In this document: one piece after another, positions 1 through 15,904 of the stretch
Layout: every line of letters begins with the position of its first letter
Position numbering within the stretch: position 1 is the stretch's first letter
Source: Eledone cirrhosa
Lineage: Eukaryota
Length of the DNA: 64,000 bases
NCBI GenBank assembly: GCA_964016885.1
Contig: OZ024749.1
Coordinates: 47,306,001 to 47,370,000, forward strand
Reading direction: 5' to 3'
The notes under the pieces: model-generated
Seen by the model: only the letters and a program-made list of their open reading frames with translations
Told to the model about the DNA's origin: nothing
Databases searched by the model: none
Position numbers and translations under genes: made by a program

Positions 1-260
1 AATAATGTACTCAGTAATACATTATTTATTTCACTTTCGTATATATATTGACCATCTCTAGCCTATTCATTTCGTCTTGAAAATGGTAATACGATTCATA
101 TATGACCGATGGTTTATATAAATACTGAATATTTACAATACATTGGTATATATATTATCAAAAGGTAACACAAACATGCTTTTAGTCGTGAAATATATTA
201 CGGAGTGACAGTGGTTGATTAGTTTATTTTATACTCAATACTCTGTGAGGGAATATATAA

Positions 261-1010
<750 letters not shown>

Positions 1011-1351
1011 AATTAAAACAAAATTAAAGTTAAAATACAACATCGGCAGTTTACGAAGATAATGCAAGAGGATAGTTTGAAGTAGTTAGTGTATGCTATA
1101 GTTAAAGCACAATAGGTAAAGAACAACACGCTGTAATAATCTAACCTAATACATCAAGCTTCCAATACTGAATCATCGTGAATTATGTGAAGAACATATA
1201 ATCTATATATTACGTTTCCTGGATTGTGAAAATGGTGGTGTATACGAAAACCTTAACATTATTTTACTTCTCATTTTTAATATTTCACTGCACACAAGCT
1301 TCTTTATCATACATAAAAAATACTTTACCAGTACAACTCCCCGTGTAACTA

Positions 1352-1663
1352 TTGCATACACTAACTACTTCAAACTATCCTCTTGCATTATCTTTCGGAA
1401 ATAAAAAAATAAGATACTCCACTTCGCTCGCGGGCTACATCACATCACTAAATGACTTAAACATCAGCTTCTCCACGCACTGGGATATTGTCGGAAGGGC
1501 TGCACCGTACGACTTCAAGTGGAAATGCGATCTTTGCCTCATGGAGCTCCACCACATCATAACTGCACCCCACAAGCTCATCAACAGCAGAGCTGATACA
1601 GCGATAAGTTGTACACATCGCTTTACAATATCCTGCTTCAGATTGGTTAAGGATGAGGAGTGA
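1352..1663 (+). pseudogene. 5'-truncated C-terminal part of the GIY-YIG endonuclease of a Penelope-like retroelement
   Basis: Translation SF.N....STSLAGYI..L.D.NI.F...W.IVGRA.PY....KCDLCLME...I.....LINSR.D....C.HR matches the recalled PLE endonuclease C-terminal pattern (SF..ST.LS.YIW.LK...W.I..RA.PY..C.LCL.EK..LN.R.E..C.H). Homology starts near 1391. Confidence 0.8.
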
Positions 1664-2033
1664 AACCGTGCACCGGACCTCCCTGCAACAAATCTCAACA
1701 CCCCGGCAGGCACGCGCTGCAAAATAACATCCAGGAAACTATCCTTGCATACCGGACCCAGCCTCAAACGACTCAGACAAACAGATGCAGCAAAAAAAAA
1801 ACTCTCAAAATAAGCGTTGATTACATGCGTATCGACAATGGTAAGGTTGTAACATCATCTCGTAGCAGATAAAAAAAATGTCCGGGAAAGACTGCCCTAA
1901 CACCGTCCAGAGTTACCTCCATTGACCTGCTGCAAAATCAAAACAAGCTATTTTTGCAAGCAATGTACCTTGACTTAGATTTAACCCCAACAACTCTTTC
2001 CGAGCAATGTAAGGAACACTTTTGATTATCTAT

Positions 2034-2073
2034 GCCCTTGAGATGCCCAATCGGGCGAAACGTACGTAGGTGG
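2034..2073 (+). ncRNA. Minimal hammerhead-like motif in the PLE 3' UTR (degenerate first box)
   Basis: gcc-CTTGAGA-t-GCCC aatc GGGC-GAAA-CGTACG-TA-ggt: perfect 4-bp stem II, palindromic stem III; first box deviates from CUGANGA. Confidence 0.6.
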
Positions 2074-2289
2074 TGTTTTAAATAAACATGTTTTAACGGT
2101 CTATTCTCCGATTTCTTACTTTACCACGTGCTTACGCTCTGCTAATTCTCTAACCCACTAAATATTAACACTTCGAATATTTAATACTGCCGGCAATTGT
2201 ATCGAGTACCTTTGGCATACGCTACTTGGCAAATAACTATATTTATCACCTATCCTCCCCGTTTTTTTTCTTCTCTCGATACGTAAATA

Positions 2290-2354
<65 letters not shown>

Positions 2355-2520
2355 TAGATAGATAGACAGATATATATATATGTATAGTAAAGAGTTAAAC
2401 AGATTCAATAAGTACATCAAGTAAGGAGTTTTACAGTAGATCGGAGCACCCTACGGTGGATATTTTCCAGAGTTATTAATATTAATTCAAATATTAACAA
2501 AATATGTGATCAATTAAATT

Positions 2521-2580
2521 TTATTATACATATTTCAGAGGTACTGAATCAAGTTCAACAGTACGTCCTCATCAGAAAAA
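2521..2580 (-). ncRNA. Hammerhead-like motif (family B, left arm)
   Basis: Minus strand: CTGATGA-ggac gtactg...cagtac ctct-GAAA-tatg-TA-taataa. Confidence 0.6.
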
Positions 2581-2672
2581 ATAAAATGATACATGACATA
2601 CCCTGACATGTATCTATAACTTGATTACATCTTAACCATCTAACACGTCAGGGAATATCATGTATCATTTTA

Positions 2673-2733
2673 TTTTATCTGATGAGGACGTAGGGTTGAA
2701 CATGATTCAGTACCTCTGAAATATGTATAGTAA
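2673..2733 (+). ncRNA. Hammerhead-like motif (family B, right arm)
   Basis: CTGATGA at 2679-2685, GAAA at 2718-2721, then tatg-TA. Confidence 0.58.
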
Positions 2734-2781
2734 CATTTAATTGATCACAAGAATATATATTTTGTTAATATTTGAATTAAC

Positions 2782-3082
<301 letters not shown>

Positions 3083-3704
3083 ATCACCCACCCACACAAA
3101 ATACATATATATTCACATGTGTAAGATCGATTGAATGAGATAAATATACATATATACAAATTTCGTTTCATATTATTTCAATGTAACATTAAATTACAAT
3201 AATGCATATTCATTTTTTTTCTCTTTTCGCTCGCGTGGTATCATCAGTTTTATTCAATATCAAAGTGATATATTTCTATTTCTTTTCGTTGAGGATATTA
3301 TATCAAATCTTTTGCGTTTTTATATGATTATTATAAACTTCTTTAAGCTTCCTTAAAATATCCAGAAAAGATTTAATTTCTTATTTTCCTAGCCATTGAA
3401 TCTACATTTCCTTTGATAGCACTAACCTTGTCAAAACGTTTATCTCAGAAAAAATAACGGCGCTAAATGACTTGTAGTATATGTGCTGAAAGTAAAGTTC
3501 CTAAATATATAGTTTTATCTTCTTAGTCAACATCACCTAATTATTCTTTTTCTTCCTTTCATCTACACTACGCTCATATGGTTTAGTTTTATTACTTTGG
3601 ATAACTTTCTTAACTTTCACGAAAAGTTTCAAGCACTTGGAAATGATGAATTAAATATTTTCCTTTTAGCGATTTATTATTCTTACATTCATTTATTTAT
3701 TCCG

Positions 3705-4064
<360 letters not shown>

Positions 4065-4759
4065 TTGATTTAACGGATATATTGTATGTTATAGATGAAT
4101 TTATAAATATCGTGTGACACCATGTACAATAGTCGTACAAATTCTTTGGAATTACAAAAGGCCACTTAACCTTCCCTCGTGATGCTTTCTAACTATCTCT
4201 TAGTTGCAAATGTATGTTATTACTTCAATTCCTTCACTGACCGCTTTCGCTTCAGTAGAATAAGGTTTTGAGCCAAATCAATTTTCCATACAATATTATA
4301 TACCTAAATACCTACCACCTACCATCGATAAATGCTTCGAAAATTATGCTATTAGTGAAAGAGGGAGAGTTATTAATAACATTGCAAATTAATATATGTA
4401 TATATGTATATATATACATATGTGTGTGCGTGCCTGTGTGTGCGTGTTTGTGTATATGTCTGAGTGTATGTGTGGCTGTGTGATCTGTACTTTGATTTAT
4501 ATATCAATATATACGTTGGTTTTGTAAACGTTTATATATTGAGCGTCTGAATTTACCACGAATAGTGGAATAAATACGTATCATATATATATATATATAA
4601 TAAATACGTATCATATATATATATATATATATATAATAAATACGTATCATATATATATATATGTTAATTTGAAATTATTATACCGCGTGAGAAATGCTAA
4701 ATAGATGATGTGATATAAATTATCACACCTTAAGTATAACTTATACATGTATAATCTGC

Positions 4760-5270
4760 CTAGAGGCACATATTGAGACGGGTGGAATAGGTGATACAGG
4801 GCACAGCATGGCATTATATACTACCTTGCTAACATACTGCATTCAGCCTATTTTTCTCCTCGATTCAGTCATCCTTCCATCTAAACTGAAAACTGCTCAA
4901 AGGTCTTGTGTCAGAATTCCAGATATCCTATAGCAACAGGATCAACCTTCAATTAAGCCAGTGTCTCTCGCTAAGAATGTCATGATCGTTATGTTTGGAA
5001 GTCGTACTCGGCGCATTGAATCAGGTGACAAGAGAAGCAAAGTGCCTCCAGTTTCATCATAGCTGGAAACATAACCAGCAACAACCAAGATATAGGATTG
5101 GTTTTTCGCTTAGATTCGTGGAATATCACCATAAAAAGATTGTTTGTGTTGGGAATTGGAGTAGAATGCAACCAGTGACATGTACATTTACTTATTCATG
5201 GAGAGATAAGAATACAGGTGGCCTGCTACTGTTATCATGTGTGGCTTGGTGTGACAATACCTTACGTTAA
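4760..5270 (-). pseudogene. Possible heavily degraded piggyBac-type transposase C-terminus
   Basis: Frame-hopping minus-strand translation gives TQDL*AVFS..RRKIG*..CSM..HAVPC.TLF(H)..RLN, reminiscent of the piggyBac cysteine-rich domain. Many stops and frameshifts. Confidence 0.3.
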
Positions 5271-5390
5271 CATGACTGTGTGTAGATAAATACATACATT
5301 CATACAACCATGCATACACATATACACACATATATGTCATATACATACATGGAAATACTACAGATACACATATATATATATATATATATA

Positions 5391-5480
<90 letters not shown>

Positions 5481-5580
5481 ATACTTTGGGAGGGTCATGT
5501 TGCCAATAATATATATATGTATATATATTATGAAATACCATCGTCTTCACGACGCCCACAACAATATCTATACCTTAAGT

Positions 5581-6420
<840 letters not shown>

Positions 6421-6435
6421 ATATGTTTATTTATG

Positions 6436-6491
<56 letters not shown>

Positions 6492-7154
6492 AATATATAT
6501 GTGTGTGTGTGTTTGTGTTTGTGTGTGTGCGTATGCAACCATATATAGACAAACATATTGTTGTAAACAGCAAGGCGAAACATCTAAGAAATTACATACA
6601 CAGTTGTGTGTATGTGTGTGTGCATGTGTGTGCATGTGTGTATGTGCGTGTGTGTATGCGTATGATTTGTTCGTATGAACATGAACTATGTCAATGTTTT
6701 GCTAAAGTATTAATAGTAAACCTCATGATATATATTGGACCCTCCTTTTATATTTTACAGAAACTTATATAGTTTCATTTGTATAGGCAGATTTGCAATC
6801 ATTCCCTAAAGACCTGACACACTTTACACGGATTTGGCAGTATTGATTGCAACAAAGAAAATGATACAAAATGAAATTTTGCGATATGTTTATTTCATGA
6901 CAGTGGCTGACCTAATCGAAACTGGTCTTGAAATCGAAATGTCCGGAATGACAAGATAATGATATGAAATATTCATGCGTCAGACGTTATTCGAAATTCT
7001 GCGAGAAAAAATTCCTCATATTAAAAGGTGAAACAAAACCGTGTATATTATTTATAAAAACTTGTAATTATCAACTCGCATCGAACGGTCTGGTTACTAT
7101 GTTCGTGTTATTATAATTGAAAATGTAGCATTAACAAATATTTTATCGTGTAAA

Positions 7155-7248
<94 letters not shown>

Positions 7249-7268
7249 CGTGTATGTATCTATGTATG

Positions 7269-7301
<33 letters not shown>

Positions 7302-8984
7302 TTTTACACGATAATATATATATATATATATATATATTTATTAAAACCATATATATATATATATATATATTGTAATCCGCTCAGCCTCGACGGCTAATAG
7401 TCCATTTGCTCACAAAACGGTGACAGCGAAGCCGCCGGGCATTAGGTCTTTACAACACCTACACACAACATTCTGAAACATTGTCTACTTATCTGAATAA
7501 TAGTATTACCAAGCTAGCTCTCTCTCTCTATATATATATATATACACATGTATGTGCGTGTGTGTGGGTGTGTGCGTGTGTGCGTGTGTGTGGGTGTAAG
7601 TGTGTGGGTGTGTGTAAGTGCGCGTGTGTGTTTGTGCGTATATGCGTGTGTGTGCGGTGTGCGTGTGTATGTGTGTATATGTGCGTGTGTGTATGTGAGT
7701 GAGTGTGTACGTTTGTTAGTAATTAAAATGTATAGTAATAAGTGTGAAAGCAGCCAAAGTGTATGATAAAGTTATATCTGTATAGTGCGAGTATAACATA
7801 TATAATACGTCATTCCCTGTAAATTATATATATCCATGATTGGAGATGTCAGTTGGAGTTCGGCCTTTCCCCGTTGGGACTATATCCTTGCGGTGGTAAT
7901 CATCAAGCCCTAGTGCAGTAATGAAATAGTCTGAGCGTTCTTGATTACACTGAACATTATTTGAAAATACATGATTACATGTTTATGATTGGATGATTAT
8001 ACACATATTCTGATAAATGTCCAATAAAATAAAATTTCCATAAAATATTTTTACAGAGAAAATCTATTTGCACGTTTACATGGCTCCATACTAGATGTAT
8101 ATATATATTTATACACGTTGGTGCAGTCGAGGTTGAACACTCGCTTAGTGAATGTGTACAAGTTAAACAGAAATAAAAAAAAAAAAAATAAACTGCACAG
8201 TACATGGAAGAAATATATTAGCTTAACCCTTGAAATAATAAGAGGCGAGTCTTAACATTTGCGACACTAGTCCTTGATCAGAATGTAGGGTTCAAATATA
8301 AGATTTATAGAATGTAAACTGTCATATAGTGAAGGGAGGGAGGAAAATGAGAAAATAATATTGGTGAGTAAAAAACCGCACGTGAATGTTCAGTAGATCA
8401 TCTGTATGTATACATATGGGGAAGGGTATGCTATGTGTTTGTGTTACACCTTGTGTGTCTATGTAAAGTATAATGTGGGAGTATGGGCTATAAGTTCGCT
8501 GAACAAACAAGAATATTCATACACACATTAGTCAAAATTCAAATAGAAACATAAGTTCTTTTGACTGAATAGCCTGTCATATTTAAATGATACATTCCAT
8601 AATGAAATATAGCAACCGTTGTATATTGTCTCCGAAAGTAATTATTTTATCTACCAAGAAGTAAATGAAACTTAAAATAAAACAAATAATCTTTGGGGAT
8701 GAAATGAAAGAAAGAAATAATTTATTGAAAATATATTAGATAAAGTATGTGTGGAAGTTATATTCTTTACTGATAACAAACATATCAATCATATGATGTA
8801 TAATGTATTATCCTAATAAAATATATTGATAGTGCAATTTCAAGCACGATAAGAAATTTATATTTAGAAAAATATGCTTAAGGAAAACACTCGTACATAT
8901 GTATACGTAAGCACACGCACACATATATAAATATTTGTGTGTGAGTATATAATCTATTCTTGAATACTCACGTTTATTAAGGTA

Positions 8985-9250
<266 letters not shown>

Positions 9251-9779
9251 ATATGGACTGCTCTTTCTAATAACCATATTTTCAGTATCTTATTAATTTG
9301 TGTTTGAGACACGTTGGCTGAGTTCTTTTGTCGGCAGCGAAAATATGTATTTTCTAATTTCCCGCCACCACGTAAAGTCTGTAAATCGGTAGCTAGTCGG
9401 GGGAGAGAGTTGTATCAGATTCCAGTTGCTAATCACTTGACTGTTTCGGCAGTCATAAACAGTCATAGCCGGCTTGGGCTGCGGTTTGGATTCTGTTGAT
9501 CCATTGGTTATTGATTAAGCCATACCCGCTGATGAAGCCACATGAGCCGATTATGCATTGTTGCATAATATATGCAGACAGAGGGTGCAGTGCACCCTAC
9601 TCCTGCAATAGGTGTGACAGGTCCTCGAGTCCGGGAACTACTATAGCAACCCGTGTTACGTGTTTTGTGTTGAAGCGAATAACTACGTGTATACTCTGGA
9701 AACGTATCCTACATTACCTATTGAGTACGCTGAGATACAACCATTCCTGGTGTTGATAAACATGCTGCGTCCGTCAACT

Positions 9780-9862
<83 letters not shown>

Positions 9863-11148
9863 ATACATTAATGACACGTGTCTATATATTAGAGCTGTGA
9901 TCTCTCAATTCAGAGAAGTAGCGTCTCACTACGTCCGCTCATCAGTTCTTGTACATACTTCAGCTTCCTACTTTCCATTAATCTTGAACACGGCCCCGAC
10001 TTACTTCAACATCTCTATTTGGTAAATATAGTTTACCTCCCTATTTCCGAATTGCAGCACGCAATATTATAAACTATTTTAGATGTCTGCTAACAGTAAA
10101 TGCGAGAACGTAAATGTCCTGTCAAATAAATGTTGTTTCACTTTCCCTCTGTTGGAATAACATGAGCTCAATGTTCATGTTTTTGTTTTCCTGATTGTAA
10201 AACCCGTGTCCGGGTTGGGAATATTTAGACAAAATAAAATCATACATGAAATATTCTAAGATATATATGTATGTTATAAACATATATTTGAACACATTGA
10301 GAATATTTGAGTCTCACATTTTGCGAACGCCTAATTTCTTTTTCTAAATCTAAAACAAATAATTGTTCAAAATCTATTGACATATAAAACAAACCTGAGC
10401 GCTCTGAATTAATTACCAATAACACTTACACTGCGAGGGTTATATTTACCAGATAGAAATCCTAGATTCAATCGTTAAATAAAAGCATTAGTTTTTTTGC
10501 AATAGCAACGAAGCAACATGCGTATGCGTTGAAATACCATCTGAGGGTGTTTCCCTTTTTCGTAAGAGCATGAAGATGAATTTGAAAAGAAAAGATTTTA
10601 ACCGTATTAATATCGATGTTATAACTAAATTGCAGAAATTTAGAACATGGAAGCAATTAATTACATCTTCGAATATTGCTGGTAAAGAATATGTATGCAA
10701 AGACACAAAGTTCGCAGCAACATGAGACACAAGTAGAAATTGACACTATAAATATGCAAATATTAAAATGTTCGCTGCGTTAATTTCGGTGTGAGGGTAT
10801 ATACTAATCGAAGAGCTGTCTCCTCCATCACATTTTTTTAATGATTATGTATCAATTAACTGAATATGATAGATATATAGATTGACGTTGATAAGGATAT
10901 AATTAATTCACACACAGAAACGAGCACGTACATATACGTGAAATACAGGGATACAGACGTGTGTTATCATGTCTATATATCTATTAATGTGTGTCTCTGT
11001 GTTTTATTATATGTTTATTTGTAAAGTTGCCTCGTGAATATAATCCCTTTAAACAAACATTCTGCAAAAGTAAGACTTTTAAAGAGACATTTATCTGCAC
11101 AGTCGCAATACACGCATCTTAGTGTCTCCATTATTATTACGATATTAG

Positions 11149-11340
11149 GATGGTAGATTGGCAGTATCGGTAGAGAGTCTGACGCTATGCTTTGCAGCAA
11201 AGAGTTCCGACCATTTATAGTCTGTGTTCAAATCCTGCCGAGGTTAACTTTGCCTTTCATCCTTACGGGGTCGATGAAATAAAGTACAAGTAACACACTG
11301 GATAATTCCTGGCCTTGTGCCAAAAGTAGAAACAATTATT
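11149..11340 (+). mobile_element. tRNA-derived SINE (octopod OR/OK-like), 19-bp TSD
   Basis: A-box-like tggcagtatcgg, B-box gttcaaatcc, body ctttgcctttcatccttacggggtcgat, (ATT)n tail. TSD attattattacgatattag at 11130-11148 and 11335-11353. Confidence 0.88.
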
Positions 11341-11377
11341 ATTACGATATTAGCAAAATATTATTATATTGTTACAC

Positions 11378-11469
11378 TTTGCCTTTCATCCTTACGGGGT
11401 CGATAAAATAAAGTAGCAGTAATGCACTGGTTAATTTCTGGCCTTGTGCCTGAATTAGAAACAATTATT
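11378..11469 (+). mobile_element. 5'-truncated SINE of the same family, 18-bp TSD
   Basis: TSD attattatattgttacac at 11360-11377 and 11464-11481. Confidence 0.85.
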
Positions 11470-11569
11470 ATATTGTTACACATTTACATTGTTGAATTTT
11501 CCAGTGCATCTCCCTCACAATCGTCCAGAGAAACACCTCCGCTATTATGTGTAGGCCAAATGTTGCTAG

Positions 11570-11700
11570 TAATAATTGTTTCTATTTTTGGCACAAGGCC
11601 AGCAATTATGCAAGACATTACTGGTACTTTATTTTATCGACCCCGTAAGGATGAAAGGCAAAGTTAAACTCGGCGGGATTTGAATTCACATCATAAAGGG
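11570..11700 (-). mobile_element. 5'-truncated SINE of the same family (reverse orientation)
   Basis: Reverse complement of the B-box, body and tail. Confidence 0.85.
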
Positions 11701-11852
11701 AGAGTCGGGGAGAATGGGATGGACAGACGCTGTGACAGTTTTTGTTTCCATTGTATTCGGACCTGATGATTTTTTTATATATTTAATTACCACACCACAT
11801 ATACATATATAACATACTAATATATATACGTACGACATATACACACACGATA

Positions 11853-11945
<93 letters not shown>

Positions 11946-12299
11946 CATATATATATATTATACATATATATATAAGACACACTTACTCTGAAAGGCTAAA
12001 ATGAATCACTAGAGTTGATTTAGCTACGTTCCATTCTCATCCATCCATACAAATCTTGCCAGGTATGTCAGCCACCACAACGCATCTATGTTGTTATCTT
12101 CATTTTTTCCCTACCATGCTGACTCTGTTTATGACTATTTTTCCATCTAAGGCTACAGGCCATGATTGGCTATTATTAATATTATTGGTACTGTATTCTA
12201 TCGGCTACTTTGCCATGCTGTATTATATCCATTTCAATCCAACCCACCCCCTCACACCACTGTAGCCTATTCGACCAATCAAACCTCAGCATGTCATTT

Positions 12300-12300
<1 letters not shown>

Positions 12301-12339
<39 letters not shown>
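12301..12339. repeat. (TAC)n microsatellite in the putative LINE 5' UTR
   Basis: Direct reading. Confidence 0.95.
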
Positions 12340-12512
12340 CTAACTCTCTCCTCCCACGTCCCAGCCCAACACACCCTGCCATTATTACCACCAACACTGT
12401 TGTAGCCCTGAATTGTTCCTACCGGTATGGATGGATGAGCTGAGAATAAATTGGAGCAACTCTGAATTAATAGATGAAAGGAATATGAATCCGCGAGCTA
12501 CCAAGCACCCAT

Positions 12513-15500
12513 GTGAAGCGCCAATCCAGAGAGAGGAAGCACACACACACCCCTGCAAACATTCATCCTTCCCTACGAGTGTCGACAAAAATCCCAAAAC
12601 TCCGAGTTGGTACCATCAATATAAGCACGATGAAAGGAAGAGCAGGAGAAATTGTAGAAATGCTAGAGCGAAAGGAAATTGATGTATGCTGTGTGCAAGA
12701 GACTATATGGGGAGGAGAGTCTGCTAGAGTCCTTGTAGGAAAAGGTCAGTGCAACACAATTTTCTGGGTGGGTAATGAGGATGGGATGGGTGGTGTAGGT
12801 ATACTACTAGCTGACAAATAGGTAGATAAAGTAATCTCAGTGTACAGGGTAAATTCAAGAATCATTAAACTCAGACTAGTCCTGAATAAAACAGTTACCA
12901 CAATATTATCAGCTTACGCACCCCAATCGGGGTTGCCAGATGAACTTAAGGATATATTTTACGAGTCACTAATGCACACTACTGCTCTAACAAACGACAA
13001 TGACTTCCTAATCATCGCAGGAGATTTTAACGGACACGTAGGTAAACACTGTGAAGGCTTCAATAGAGTCCATGGAGGCCATGGGGTTGGCACAAGAAAT
13101 GAAAAAGGATTCAGACTTCTAGAATTCTGCGACGCCAATGACATGTCGATATGTAACACTAACTTCAAAAAACCCGACAACCACCTGATCACCTATAGAT
13201 CAGGGGAGCATTCTAGTCAGATAGATGTTATCCTCATCAGAGGACGTGACAGAAGGACGGTCGTAAACACAAAAGCCTTCCCTAGTGAGGAATGCACCTC
13301 CCAACAGCTTAGTTGTCAGCGACCTCACAGTCAGAACTAGATGAGCCTGGAAACAGAGGCCAACCTGGAGAAGAAAGATCTGGAAGCTGAAAGACCCCTC
13401 AGCCAGTAACAGATTTAAAGATATTTTACTCAACGCCTACGACAGTAAAGAAGAATAGATAGAGACATTCAATGTAGAAGAGCACTGGGAGTTTCTAAAA
13501 TATAACTTCCTAGAGGCGACAGATGAGGTCTGTGGCTGGAGTAAGACCACAAGCAGGAGGAGAGTGACTTGGTGGTGGAACAATAAGGTAGATGAGGCAG
13601 TTAAGGCCAAGAGACAGGCATGGAAAGAAATGAAGAATGTGGGGAGCAGGGTACATTACATAGAGTCCAAGAAGGAAGCTAGGCGACAAGTATACTTAGC
13701 TAGGAGGGAAGCAGAGGATAGAAAATTCAAGCATGTTTTGCAACGTGAGGACCAGAAACAGGAGGTGTTCAAGATTGCGAGGCAGTGTGTCAGAGAGAAG
13801 TGTGATATCATTGGAGAGAAGTGTATCCGGAATGATAAAGGTGAGCTTGCCCTTACAAGTGCTGATAAGAAAGATGCATGGAAGAGTCATTATGATAGAT
13901 TACTAAATGAGGAGAATGCATGGGAAGAAGAGACCCTACCCCAAGTAGACCCTATAGAGGGGCCAGCAGTACAAGTCATAAGCAGCGTAGTACGTAAGGC
14001 AATCAAATATATGAAGATGGGGAAGGCAACCGGTCCATCGGGTATAGCTGCCGAGATGCTGAAGGCATCTGGGTCTGTAGGTCACACTATAACCACACGT
14101 ATTGTTAACCAGGTAATTCTAGAAGGTGTCATACGAAACGATTGGTGCAGTAGCATCATTGTCAACTGCTACAAAGGTAAAGGTGATGCAGTCGATAGAG
14201 GAGAACTATAGAGGTATAAAGCTGATGGACCAGGTCATGAAAGTAACAGAAAGAGTTATAGCACAGTTGATTAGGAACCGGGTGAAACTAGATGAGATGC
14301 AATTTGGGTTTGTACCAGGAAGAAGCACCACTGATGCCCTCTTCCTTGTGAGGCAGTTACAGGGAAAGTACCTAGCTAAAAGTAAGCCATTCTACCTGGC
14401 ATTCGTCGATCTCGAGAAAGCCTTTGACAGAGTTCCACATGCTGTAATTTGGTGGGCTCTTAGAAAATTAGGAGTAGATGAATGGCTTCTGAAAGCTGTA
14501 CAAGCCATGTATAGGGGATCAGTCAGCAAAGGTAGGATTAGCAATGAGTATAGCGAGGAATTTAGCGTACAGGTTGGGGTCCACCAGGGCTCTGTTCTTA
14601 GCCCTCTCCTGTTCATCATAGTCCTGCAGGCAATAACGGGGGAGTTTAAGACCGGATGCCCATGAGAACTCCTGTATGCTGATGACCTCGCACTTATAGC
14701 TGAATCTATGGTAGAACTAGAGAAGAAATTCCAAACTTGGAAGCAGGGACTAGAAAGAAAGGGTCTCAAAGTCAACATGACAAGTACTAAGGTCCTTGTA
14801 AGTAGACGAGAAAACGAACCCAGATTCCCTCGGGGAAATGGCATTGCTCAGTATGTAGGAAAGGTGTATGTAGGAATTCCATTCTCTGCCCCAAATGCAA
14901 ACAATGGGTACACAAGAAATGTAGCGGGATCTCAGGAAGCTTAATTAAGAATGTAGGCTTCACATGCAGCAGCTGTACTGGGACAGCAAGCAGTAAACAG
15001 CCACAGGAAACAAGTACCATCAATCTCTGGCAGGGCTCTGTATAGACAGTAGACAGCTTCTGCTACCTAGGTGACCGAATTAGCAGCGGAGGTGGGTGTT
15101 CAGAAAGTACAATAACTAGGGATGGAAGAACTTCAGGGAACTACTACCACTGCTAGCTGCAAAAGGCATCTCCCTCAAAATGAAAGGCCGACTGTATGAT
15201 GCGTGTATCCAAAGAGAAATGTTACATGGTAGTGAGACCTGGGCGCTGAAGGGGGAAGACTTACGTAGATTAGAGAGAAAGGAAGCCTGCATGCTCCGAT
15301 GGATGTGTAATAGTAATATAAGCGAACGACAAAGCATAAATGAATTGAGAGAGAGACTGAGCATAAGAGGAATCAAATGCTGTCTGCAGGAGAGGCGGAT
15401 GAGTTGGTATAGACATGTGATGCGTATGAAGGATGACAGCTGCAAAAAAAGGTGCAGAGCACTAGAGGTCGATGGAAACCGCGGAGTGGGGAGACCAAGA

Positions 15501-15580
15501 TGACGTGGGATGAGGTGATAAAAGCCGAACTTACCCAATTGCACCTCTCAAAGGCGATGACACACGACCGTGACCATGGG
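12513..15580 (+). pseudogene. LINE ORF2 pseudogene: AP endonuclease + reverse transcriptase
   Basis: Endonuclease motifs VGTIN, CVQET, SAYAPQ, GDFNGHVG, SQID. RT motifs NYRGI, QFGF, FVDLEKAFDRV, GVHQGSVLSPLLF, YADD (14675-14686), FCYLG. Stops at ~12819, ~13456 and 14663; frameshifts near 13305, 14200, 14830, 15115 and 15500. Confidence 0.95.
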
Positions 15581-15873
15581 TACAAGATGAAGCATATAGA
15601 CAATTTGTCCCCACACCCTCCCACTGCAAGGTGGTCGTGGAGGTGCCACGGCAAAAAAAGCACCCAGCCCACATTGTAAAGTGGACCTGTAGGCGCCACG
15701 AAAAAGCACCCAGCACTCACTGTAAATGAGGTTGGTGTTAGGAAGGGCATTCAGCTGTAGAAATCAAGCCGAATCAGTTCATGTATGAGCAAGGCATGGT
15801 AAGCCGACCAGAACACCCACAACAGGACAACCCGTCTAAACCATGCTATCGTGGAAGAACGGACGTAAAACGG

Positions 15874-15904
<31 letters not shown>

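Larger units (their letters stand above)
1352..2292 (+). mobile_element. 3' end of a Penelope-like element (endonuclease fragment, 3' UTR with HHR, polyA signal, ending at (TA)n)
   Basis: GIY-YIG fragment, HHR-like motif at 2034-2073, AATAAA at 2081-2086, (TA)n from 2293. Confidence 0.72.

Noticed and set aside
1661-1820. TGA at 1661-1663 as a recoded selenocysteine (some PLEs encode selenoproteins); the frame stays open for about 50 codons
   Set aside because: The TGA lies after the conserved CxH, not at a conserved Cys, and I could not identify a SECIS. A natural stop or nonsense mutation is simpler.
14663-14665. TGA before ELLYADD as programmed readthrough
   Set aside because: It corresponds to the conserved Trp (TGG to TGA) in an element with several other inactivating lesions.
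12959-15750. Minus-strand ORFs over the LINE
   Set aside because: Antisense shadows of the ORF2 coding sequence with no recognisable motifs.
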